The translations under genes and the position numbers were made by a program. Below are positions 25,047 to 32,539 of a DNA stretch of 64,000 nt, piece after piece (positions within the stretch are counted from its first letter, which is position 1; each line of letters begins with the position of its first letter). Under the pieces are notes generated by a model. The model saw nothing but the letters and a program-made list of their open reading frames with translations, did not search any database and had not been told where the DNA came from. Source of the DNA: Acidobacteriaceae bacterium (GTDB lineage Bacteria > Acidobacteriota > Terriglobia > Terriglobales > Acidobacteriaceae); assembly GCA_035273225.1 (NCBI GenBank), contig DATEPN010000602.1:1050-65049 (forward strand), written 5' to 3'.

Positions 25047-26293
25047 TGGAGCGGGCGATCAGTGTATCCGGATGGACGGGTTCCGCACGCGCCGATGCGG
25101 CGGATCGCGCCGGCGAAGCTTCGGTCGCCGGTCTGGTTGCCGGAGCGGTGGGGTTCTTCTTCGCATTTCGTGTCGCCATCGTGCTGGTGGCGGTGCGCGG
25201 GTTCCTCGCCGACGCACAGACGGGCGCAGCGATCAGTCTGGCGCTGAATTATCTGCTGGTGTTCGCAGCCGCTCTGGTTGCAGCAGGACCGGCGCGGATT
25301 CCGCTGGCGGCCATGGCGCGGGTTGCTCCTCTGCGCTGGGCGGGTGCTTTCCTGGCGTTGAGCGGCGTCAGCCTGTTGTGGAGTCAGACCGCTTCGCTGC
25401 CGGCCGCCGCTGCTTTCTGGATCGCAATGGCCTGCGATGTAGCCGTCATCCTTCTGCTGGTGCGTGGCTCCGGAGCCAGGGCTGTTGGTTTCGCGCTGAT
25501 GAAGGGGTACATCTGGGGAGCATGTGCGTTCGCGGCCCTCGCCTGGCTGCTTCCTGCACAGTCGGACCTGCGGCTTGGCGACGAAGAACTGCTCGGACCG
25601 AATCAGATTGGGTATGTCTGTGCGGTCGCGGTGTTTTTCGCGCAGTATCTCGTCCGGAACCGGGCGCGGGGCTGGACCGTGCCCGCGGCTTTCCTGGCGA
25701 TCACGCTGCTCAGAACGCTGAGCAAAACTTCGATCGCGGCGTTCGTTGCAGGGGAAGCGTTCATCCTGCTGCGCGACCGCGGCATGAAGCGTTCCGTGAA
25801 GATCGGGCTTGCGGTGCTCGCGGTCGTCGTGACGCTTGCGTTTCAGGGGCTCATCGCGTCGTATTACGAGATCTATTCCAACGCCGGGAATCAGGCGGAA
25901 ACGCTCAGCGGCCGTCTCGGCATCTGGGCTTACTTCTTCACCGCTTCGCTCGAGAGCCCCTGGATCGGCCATGGCTTCCATTCGGTGTGGAAGGTGGTTC
26001 CGCCGTTTGGCCCGTTTGAAGCCCGGCACGCGCACAACGAGTGGCTGCAGCAGTTCTACGCGTACGGGGCGACGGGTGTCGTCGTCGTTGCCGGATTCTA
26101 CGTCATCGTATTCCGGCACATTCGCCGCTGCGCCACGGGTGCGGACAAGACGCTCCTCCTCGGCCTGCTGGTGTTTTCCGTGGTGCGCGGGTTGGCCGAC
26201 ACAGAGGTGTTCGACGTGTCGCTTTGCCTTTGGCTGGCGACGCTGCTCAGCCTGATGCTGGCGGAGTCAGCCGCCGGAAAGAGTCAATCATGA
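25046..26293 (+). CDS. O-antigen ligase/polymerase-family membrane protein (Wzy_C domain)
   Basis: About 11 TM spans. The periplasmic loop ...GHGF......F..HAHNEWLQ....G is typical of Wzy_C. Its ATG overlaps the upstream TGA. Confidence 0.75.
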   Translation: MERAISVSGWTGSARADAADRAGEASVAGLVAGAVGFFFAFRVAIVLVAVRGFLADAQTGAAISLALNYLLVFAAALVAAGPARIPLAAMARVAPLRWAGAFLALSGVSLLWSQTASLPAAAAFWIAMACDVAVILLLVRGSGARAVGFALMKGYIWGACAFAALAWLLPAQSDLRLGDEELLGPNQIGYVCAVAVFFAQYLVRNRARGWTVPAAFLAITLLRTLSKTSIAAFVAGEAFILLRDRGMKRSVKIGLAVLAVVVTLAFQGLIASYYEIYSNAGNQAETLSGRLGIWAYFFTASLESPWIGHGFHSVWKVVPPFGPFEARHAHNEWLQQFYAYGATGVVVVAGFYVIVFRHIRRCATGADKTLLLGLLVFSVVRGLADTEVFDVSLCLWLATLLSLMLAESAAGKSQS

Positions 26294-27465
26294 AGGTGGC
26301 GCTCGTCGCAGTCTCGTCGAATACGCAGCTTTCCGGCATCACGCGCCATGCGGCCAACCTGGCTCGGTGCCTGCTGCTGCACACGGCGATCGAAGAGATT
26401 CACCTCATCGTCGCTCCCTGGGAACAGCAGATGCTGCGCAGCGCGATCGCATGCGAGCATCCGCGGCTCCAGATGCACAGCGTGTTCGTGGACCGGGCGA
26501 GCCTGGCACGCAACCTGTGGTTCTATACGGAGCTGCCGCTGGTTGTGGATCAACTTGGCGCGGACGTGGTGCATCTCTCGTATCCCGCACCGCTCAACCG
26601 GCGTCGCGTGCGATGTCCTGCGGTCGTCACGATCCACGATTTATATCCGCACGATGTGCCGGAAAACTGGGGATATCCCAAGGTGATCTTCAATCGCATG
26701 ATTCTGCGGCAGTGCGTTGGCGCCGCGGACGCGCTCGCCTGCGTCTCGGACGCGACCCTGGAGCGTGTGCAGCACCGTTTCCCGGAAGCGATTGCAGGGA
26801 AGGCGTACCGGATTTACAACAGTGTCGAACCGGCCAGGGTGCGGAGTTGCCGGGGCCCGCTGCCGGCGCTGCAGCACGCTCCCTTTCTGCTTTGTGTCGC
26901 CCAGCATCGACGCAACAAGAATATTTCTCTGGCGGTGAGCGCGTTTCAGCGCCTGCTCCGCCAGGGTGCACTACCGTCCGAGACGCTTCTGGTCGTCGTG
27001 GGCATGCCGGGTCCGGAAACAGCGGCCTTGCAGCACAGCGCGGAGGAAGCCGGCGTCTGCAACAACGTTTTGTTCCTCAGCGGGATTTCCGAGGCGGAGC
27101 TGCAATGGTGCTACCGGAACTGCGACGTGCTGGTTGCCCCTTCGCTCATCGAGGGGTTTGGGCTGCCCGTCGCCGAGGGGCTGCTGGCCGGCTGCCGCGT
27201 CGTCTGTTCGGACATTCCGGCATTTCGAGAATTAGCCGGCGATCACTGCCGATACTTCCAGCTTGGATCCGGGGAGGAAGACGCATTCGCGGCGCAAATC
27301 GTCGCGGCGATAGGCGAAAAACGGCCGCAGCCGCTCGCGCTGCCCCAGCTTGCTCCGGGGTGCATTGCTCGGGAGTACCTGGCCCTGTATGAAAAGCTGG
27401 CGCGACAGCACGAGAGCAGAACCACAGCTCTCCAGCCTGTCCCCAGTGTTCTGGCACAGCGTTAA
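26290..27465 (+). CDS. Glycosyltransferase family 4 (GT-B, Glycos_transf_1)
   Basis: MKVALV......SGI.RH N-terminus, and C-terminal EGFGLPV.EG...G..VV.SD E-x7-E region. ATGA overlap with the upstream gene. Confidence 0.85.
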   Translation: MKVALVAVSSNTQLSGITRHAANLARCLLLHTAIEEIHLIVAPWEQQMLRSAIACEHPRLQMHSVFVDRASLARNLWFYTELPLVVDQLGADVVHLSYPAPLNRRRVRCPAVVTIHDLYPHDVPENWGYPKVIFNRMILRQCVGAADALACVSDATLERVQHRFPEAIAGKAYRIYNSVEPARVRSCRGPLPALQHAPFLLCVAQHRRNKNISLAVSAFQRLLRQGALPSETLLVVVGMPGPETAALQHSAEEAGVCNNVLFLSGISEAELQWCYRNCDVLVAPSLIEGFGLPVAEGLLAGCRVVCSDIPAFRELAGDHCRYFQLGSGEEDAFAAQIVAAIGEKRPQPLALPQLAPGCIAREYLALYEKLARQHESRTTALQPVPSVLAQR

Positions 27466-27486
27466 CCCGCAAATGGAGCGGCGAAA

Positions 27487-27536
27487 AATGTCACTCCTTT
27501 GTCATTTCGTAAGTTTTTGTTGTCAAAAGTATGTCA
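27487..27536 (-). promoter_or_regulatory. Phased direct repeats, site D: four TGTCA cores on the plus strand (minus strand reads TGACATA, TGACAAC, TGACAAA, TGACATT)
   Basis: TGTCA at 27489, 27500, 27521 and 27532 (spacing 11/21/11) in an AT-rich stretch 23-72 nt upstream of the response-regulator ATG (27559). Read on the plus strand it resembles two pho-box-like units (TGTCAC-tcctt-TGTCAT; TGTCAA-aagta-TGTCAG). Confidence 0.45.
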
Positions 27537-27558
27537 GCGGAGGGCAGAATGTACACCT

Positions 27559-28299
27559 ATGGACACGGTGAAAGTGACTGAGACCTCAGGTACAGGGCCG
27601 GAACCCGGGCTTCTGTCGGAGCTGGGAACCATTCTGGTGATCGAAGACGATCCGCGCATGCAGAAGGTGCTGCGCCGGATGTTCATGGAAGAGAACTATT
27701 CCGTGCTGATTGCCGGAGACGGCCAGTCAGGGCTGGAGCTGTTCCGAACGCGGCGCCCGATTGCGGTCATCCTTGATCTGATTCTGCCCCAGATCTCGGG
27801 ACGCGAACTGTGCCAGAAATTCAAGAGCCTGCATCCCGATACGCCGGTCCTGGTGCTCAGCGCGATTACCGAAGTCGTGGACAAGGTGCTGCTGCTGGAA
27901 CTGGGGGCCGATGATTACGTGACGAAGCCATTCAGCCCGCGGGAGCTGATGGCGCGCGTTCAGGCTGCCATCCGCCGGCGGAACCGGCCGGCTACTTCCA
28001 CGGTCTATCAGTTCGGTGATTGCGAACTGGACTTTGAGAAGATGATCGCCCGGCGCGGCGGTGTGCAGGTGGTGCTCACGTCGCACGAGTTTAAGCTGAT
28101 GCGGTTCTTTACCGAAAATGCGGAGCGGGTGCTGACGCGCGACCGCCTGCTGAATGAGGTATGGGGCTATAACGCATATCCCACTACGCGCACCGTGGAT
28201 AACCAGATCCTCAAGCTGCGGCAGAAACTCGAGAACGATCCGGCGAATCCGAAGCACCTGCTCACGATCTACGGAGCAGGCTACAAGTTTGTCCCATAA
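27559..28299 (+). CDS. OmpR/PhoB-family response regulator (receiver plus winged helix)
   Basis: ILVIEDD, phospho-acceptor context VILDL.LP, GADDY.TKPFS..EL.AR, and C-terminal LT..EF.L...F......V..R..L...VWG.......RTVD..I..LR.K. Confidence 0.9.
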   Translation: MDTVKVTETSGTGPEPGLLSELGTILVIEDDPRMQKVLRRMFMEENYSVLIAGDGQSGLELFRTRRPIAVILDLILPQISGRELCQKFKSLHPDTPVLVLSAITEVVDKVLLLELGADDYVTKPFSPRELMARVQAAIRRRNRPATSTVYQFGDCELDFEKMIARRGGVQVVLTSHEFKLMRFFTENAERVLTRDRLLNEVWGYNAYPTTRTVDNQILKLRQKLENDPANPKHLLTIYGAGYKFVP

Positions 28300-28337
28300 G
28301 CGGGGCGGAGTCAGGGGCTCATACGGGAACAGCGCGC

Positions 28338-30140
28338 ATGCAGGGAAGCCGGGGTGTCCGCACGCGGGTACTGCTGATCGCCGCGGTGGTGTTGGTGATT
28401 GCCACCGCCAGTCTTGCCAGCCTGCTGCTGATCCGCCACCAACTGGGAAATGAAGTAACGGAGGCCTTTTCCCGGGACCTGCAGCGCTCCGTTCTGACGT
28501 TTCAGGATCTGCAGCGGCAGCGGCTGAATGCGCTGGACAGGGTAAACGCGCTGATCGCGGACGAACCCCGCCTGAAGGCGCTGATGACGACGCGCGACGC
28601 GGCGACTATCCGCAACGGGGCGGTCGAATTTCGCAACGTGAGCGGAAATGATCTGTTTGCGCTGGCTGATATGGAAGGCCACGTCGTTGCCGCGTACGCG
28701 GGCAGCTCCGTGCACGACGCTCAGCTTGCTCACGAACTGGACTCCTTTATCAGCGCGCCTTCGAAGATCTATCTCGTGAGCGACACGGGGCTCTTCGCCT
28801 GCTCCGTGCGCCCGCTCTACTTTGGCAGTGAGACGAATGGGACGCTGCTGGGGTACGTGATCAGCGGCTATGCCGTCGACCGCAGCGTGGTGGAGCAGAT
28901 CAGCGGCGCGACCATGGTCGAAGCCTCGTTCGTCAGCAATGACCGCACTCTGGTCAGCACGCTGCCGGCGCAAACGCAGGAAGCGCTGGTTCGGATGCCA
29001 CTGCCCGGCAGGGGGTCTGCGGCGCAGACGGTGCAGCTCGGGGACGAAAAATATCTGGCGATCACCACGGACCTGAGTTCCCATGCGTCCTCTCGACTGC
29101 ATCTGGTGGTGCTGAAGTCGTTCGAGCAGGCGAACCGGTCGATTCAGCAGATCGATCATCTGATCCTCATTGCGGGTGTTCTGGCGCTGGTGCTTGGCAC
29201 GGTGCTGATGCTTGCGCTGTCGCATGCGGTGACGCGTCCGCTGGAACAGCTGGCAGCCAGCGTGCGCGCTTTCGGCACTGGGGACAGCGGGCACCTGTTG
29301 CCGATGCGGGGAACGCGCGAGGTTCGCGACCTGAGCACATCGTTTTCGAGGATGCGCCAGGAGATCCAGCAAACCCATCGCGCTCTGCTGGAGTCGGAGC
29401 GTCTGGCCACGATTGGACGGATGGCCAGCTCCGTGTCACACGACCTCCGGCATTACCTGGCTGCCGTCTATGCGAATGCCGAATTTCTGGCCTCGGCGCG
29501 GCTCACGGAAGCGGAGCGTATTGAGATTCTGGAGGACATCCACGCTGCGGTGTACGGCACGACGGAGCTGATCGAGTCGATGCTCATTTTCAGCCGGACG
29601 GGGAATGCGATCCGCCGGTCGCCGGAGTTGATCGCCCCGATTCTGGAGCGCGCGATTGCTCTGGTCCATAAGCATCCCGATGGAGTCAATATCAGCATCG
29701 TTCCGGATTATGGAGAAGCCGCGAGGGCGGTGGCCGTCGTGGATGGAAAGCAGATGGAGCGGGCGATCTATAATCTGCTGCTGAATGCGTGCCAGTCGCG
29801 TGTAACCCCGGCGGAACCGGTGCACGTGACAGTCCGGCTGGAGATGCAGGACGACCAGATCCTGATCGAGGTGACGGATGACGGCGCAGGCGTGCCAGCA
29901 GATATTCGCACCAGCCTTTTCCAGCCGTTCGTCAGCCAGGGAAAGCAGAAAGGATCCGGGCTCGGTCTGACGCTCGCACACTGCATTGCGGCGGAGCATG
30001 GCGGATATCTGGTACTGGTGAGTAGTCGTCCAGGAGAAACTATTTTTCGGATGTGCATCGCTCGGGGCCCGGCTCCGGAATCGCCGGTCCCGCAGCAGTC
30101 TGCCAATTCCGAGGTAGCCAATGAGGCAAGGAGTTCCTGA
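28338..30140 (+). CDS. Sensor histidine kinase (TM, about 250-aa periplasmic sensor, TM, HAMP, HisKA, HATPase_c)
   Basis: H-box SSVSHDLRHYL, N-box LLLNACQS, G-boxes DDGAGV and GSGLGL. Two TM segments flank a Cache-like extracytoplasmic region. Confidence 0.85.
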   Translation: MQGSRGVRTRVLLIAAVVLVIATASLASLLLIRHQLGNEVTEAFSRDLQRSVLTFQDLQRQRLNALDRVNALIADEPRLKALMTTRDAATIRNGAVEFRNVSGNDLFALADMEGHVVAAYAGSSVHDAQLAHELDSFISAPSKIYLVSDTGLFACSVRPLYFGSETNGTLLGYVISGYAVDRSVVEQISGATMVEASFVSNDRTLVSTLPAQTQEALVRMPLPGRGSAAQTVQLGDEKYLAITTDLSSHASSRLHLVVLKSFEQANRSIQQIDHLILIAGVLALVLGTVLMLALSHAVTRPLEQLAASVRAFGTGDSGHLLPMRGTREVRDLSTSFSRMRQEIQQTHRALLESERLATIGRMASSVSHDLRHYLAAVYANAEFLASARLTEAERIEILEDIHAAVYGTTELIESMLIFSRTGNAIRRSPELIAPILERAIALVHKHPDGVNISIVPDYGEAARAVAVVDGKQMERAIYNLLLNACQSRVTPAEPVHVTVRLEMQDDQILIEVTDDGAGVPADIRTSLFQPFVSQGKQKGSGLGLTLAHCIAAEHGGYLVLVSSRPGETIFRMCIARGPAPESPVPQQSANSEVANEARSS

Positions 30141-30159
30141 ATTCGCGGGTGCACCAACG

Positions 30160-31656
30160 ATGAGCCGCCACCGCTCCGGCGCGCTCTGGGCGATCGCGGC
30201 ACTGCTCCTGGCAGTGGGGGCCCGTCCGCTTGGCGCGCAGGAAATGTCGCAGCAGGATCTGCAGGCGAGAGTGCAGACGCTCACGGAAGCCGTGAACCGG
30301 GCACAGCAGCAACTGGAGGAGTCGCAGCGGCAACTCGCCGATCTGCGACGCCAGCTTGCCGATCTTCGCCAGCAGATGGATCCGCCGGGTCAGGCGCAGG
30401 CAGAGACGGCGCAGCAAAGCCTGTCCGCGGAGGTGGAAGCGCTTAAAGAAGAGCAGGCGATGCATACGACCCAGATTGCGACGCACGATCAGGAAAAGGT
30501 AGAAACCGCGTCGAAATACCCGCTGAAGATGACCGGCCTGATCCTGCTGAGCGGGCTGGTCAATACGAACCGCGTGGACGTGCCCGCGGCGCCCACCCTG
30601 GCTCTCTCCGGCGCGGGCAGCACGGGGTTTTCGATGCGGCAAACACAGCTGGGGCTCGATGCGCGGGGGCCACACCTGTTCGGCGCTTCCAGCTTTGCCG
30701 ATGTGCGGGTCGATTTCTTCGGGCAGGCGGCGCAGAGCAGCTATGGCGGCGGCTATGACGCTGCCGGACTGCTGCGCCTCAGAACCGCGCATGCATTTCT
30801 CGAGTGGGAGCACACGCAGGCCTTCTTCTCGCTCGATCGGACCATTCTCTCTCCCAATGAGCCCACGTCGCTGACGGCAGTAGCGACTCCACCGCTAGCC
30901 TGGTCGGGCAATCTGTGGACGTGGAATCCCCAGGTCGGGGCGTCTCACGATTTCAGCTTGCCGGGAGGATATCGTTTTCGCACCGAAGCGGCGCTTATCG
31001 ATGCAGCGGATCCTTCGTACACCGCGAGCGCCGCGGGCTCGGTGCAGGCGCCCACGACTGTGGAACAAAGCCGATGGCCCGGCGCTGAGGGGCGGCTGGC
31101 CGTTGCCGGAGCGCAGGAGGAAAGTGGATTTCGCTTCGGAGTGGGAGGGTATTTTTCGCCTCACCGCACGCCTTATTACGGCAACCAGTTCGATTCCTGG
31201 GCGGGAACGCTGGATTATCGTCAACCCCTGCCGGCGCGGCTGCAGTTGAGCGGTAGCTTCTATCGTGGGCTCGGGCTGGGCGGTTTGGGCGGCGGCGCTT
31301 TCAAGGACTATGGTGTCCGCGAATCCTCGCTGTATCCATCGCTGTACTTCGTTTGGCCTCTGGATGCGGTGGGAGGCTGGGCCGAGTTGAAGGAGCGCGC
31401 GAGTGAACGGCTGCAATTCAACGCGGCCTTCGGCACGGATTCGGTAACCGCCCGAGAGGTACGCCGATATCCCGGGCCGGTTGCGAACATCTATCAGAAT
31501 CTCATCGGAAACCGGACCTATACCGGCAACGTCATCTACAGTCCCAGTGCCTGGCTGATGTTCTCGCTGGAGTACCGGCACCTGGAAAGCCGGTATGCGG
31601 ACAGCAGCGTGCCGTCCGGCAACGTGATTGGCGCAGCTGCGGGGTACAGATTTTGA
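30160..31656 (+). CDS. Outer-membrane beta-barrel (porin-like) protein with an N-terminal coiled coil
   Basis: Signal peptide, heptad-rich segment (QQLEESQRQLADLRRQLADLRQQ), then a beta-strand-rich region ending ...GAAAGYRF. Its stop overlaps the next gene's start. Confidence 0.5.
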   Translation: MSRHRSGALWAIAALLLAVGARPLGAQEMSQQDLQARVQTLTEAVNRAQQQLEESQRQLADLRRQLADLRQQMDPPGQAQAETAQQSLSAEVEALKEEQAMHTTQIATHDQEKVETASKYPLKMTGLILLSGLVNTNRVDVPAAPTLALSGAGSTGFSMRQTQLGLDARGPHLFGASSFADVRVDFFGQAAQSSYGGGYDAAGLLRLRTAHAFLEWEHTQAFFSLDRTILSPNEPTSLTAVATPPLAWSGNLWTWNPQVGASHDFSLPGGYRFRTEAALIDAADPSYTASAAGSVQAPTTVEQSRWPGAEGRLAVAGAQEESGFRFGVGGYFSPHRTPYYGNQFDSWAGTLDYRQPLPARLQLSGSFYRGLGLGGLGGGAFKDYGVRESSLYPSLYFVWPLDAVGGWAELKERASERLQFNAAFGTDSVTAREVRRYPGPVANIYQNLIGNRTYTGNVIYSPSAWLMFSLEYRHLESRYADSSVPSGNVIGAAAGYRF

Positions 31657-32366
31657 CCGTGCTGCTGCGCAAACTGGGGATCATCGCGCTCGCCTGCGCC
31701 GCTCCGCTCCGAGCCGCCCAATCCGACCAGCAACGGGCGCACGTGGATGTACGCCTGCATCTGGCGCTTCCGGCCCGGGATAAGAAAGCCGCCCCGCCGG
31801 CTGTTGCGTGGCTGAAGCCGCTCGAGCGTGATGCTACTCTTCAGTTTCTTCCGCACAAAACGTACACGCTGGCCCAGAAGAACCGGACGTTTCTTCCCCA
31901 CCTGCTGGTGGTACCTGTCGGTAGCCACGTTTTGTTTCCGAACGAGGACCCGTTTTATCACAACGTATTTTCCTTGTTTGACGGGAAGCGCTTCGATCTC
32001 GGCCTGTATGAGGCTGGCTCGACGCGCACGGTTACGTTTTCTCGCGAAGGCGTATCGTACATCTTCTGCAATATTCATCCCGAGATGAGCGCGGTTGTGA
32101 TCGCGCTGTCTACGCCGCTCTACGCGACGGCTGACGCGACCGGGGCGTTCACGATCCCAAACGTTCCGGAGGGCGATTACGAGCTGCATGCGTGGGTCGA
32201 AGGCGTATCCCAGACGACGCTGGACCACATCACGCGCCACCTTCACGTGCGTTCGGGAAAGGGCGATCTCGGGGCGCTGCAGATTCCCGCAGTTCCTTCC
32301 TCGACGGCTGGTCACCTGAACAAATTCGGCCAGCCGTACGGCAGGGATTCAAAGGACATTTACTAA
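31653..32366 (+). CDS. Type-1-copper (amicyanin-like) cupredoxin fused to a carboxypeptidase-regulatory-like domain
   Basis: Signal peptide. Ligand pattern H (FYHNV) ... C-x2-H-x2-M (FCNIHPEM), as in amicyanin. C-terminal G.F.IPNVPEGDYEL.AW. TTG start overlaps the upstream stop. Confidence 0.65.
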   Translation: MTVLLRKLGIIALACAAPLRAAQSDQQRAHVDVRLHLALPARDKKAAPPAVAWLKPLERDATLQFLPHKTYTLAQKNRTFLPHLLVVPVGSHVLFPNEDPFYHNVFSLFDGKRFDLGLYEAGSTRTVTFSREGVSYIFCNIHPEMSAVVIALSTPLYATADATGAFTIPNVPEGDYELHAWVEGVSQTTLDHITRHLHVRSGKGDLGALQIPAVPSSTAGHLNKFGQPYGRDSKDIY

Positions 32367-32480
32367 TTCCGCGACGGCCGCGTGCGCTGCGCGCAAAATA
32401 TCCGCTCTGAGGCAGAGCGTTGAGCACAGGAACGGTGAGCGGGCCGCAAGGCATCTGACCGGCGCCTCAGCGAATCCGCG

Positions 32481-32519
32481 ATGGAAAGAAAAAGGCCCGC
32501 GTCCTTTCGGAGCGGGCCT
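32481..32519 (-). terminator. Rho-independent terminator of the Big_2 gene (may also stop the convergent cupredoxin operon)
   Basis: Stem AGGCCCGC(g)TCC-tttc-GGAGCGGGCCT, 20 nt past stop 32540. On the minus strand it is followed by TTTTCTTTCC. Confidence 0.75.
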
Positions 32520-32539
32520 CTGTTAAGTAGTTTCGTTGA

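Noticed and set aside
21221-26119. Antisense ORFs of 455-659 aa opposite the Wza, Wzz and Wzy genes (21221-23200, 23676-25043, 24614-26119).
   Set aside because: Same shadow-ORF composition (R/H/Q/P-rich, no motifs). The sense frames carry clear family signatures.
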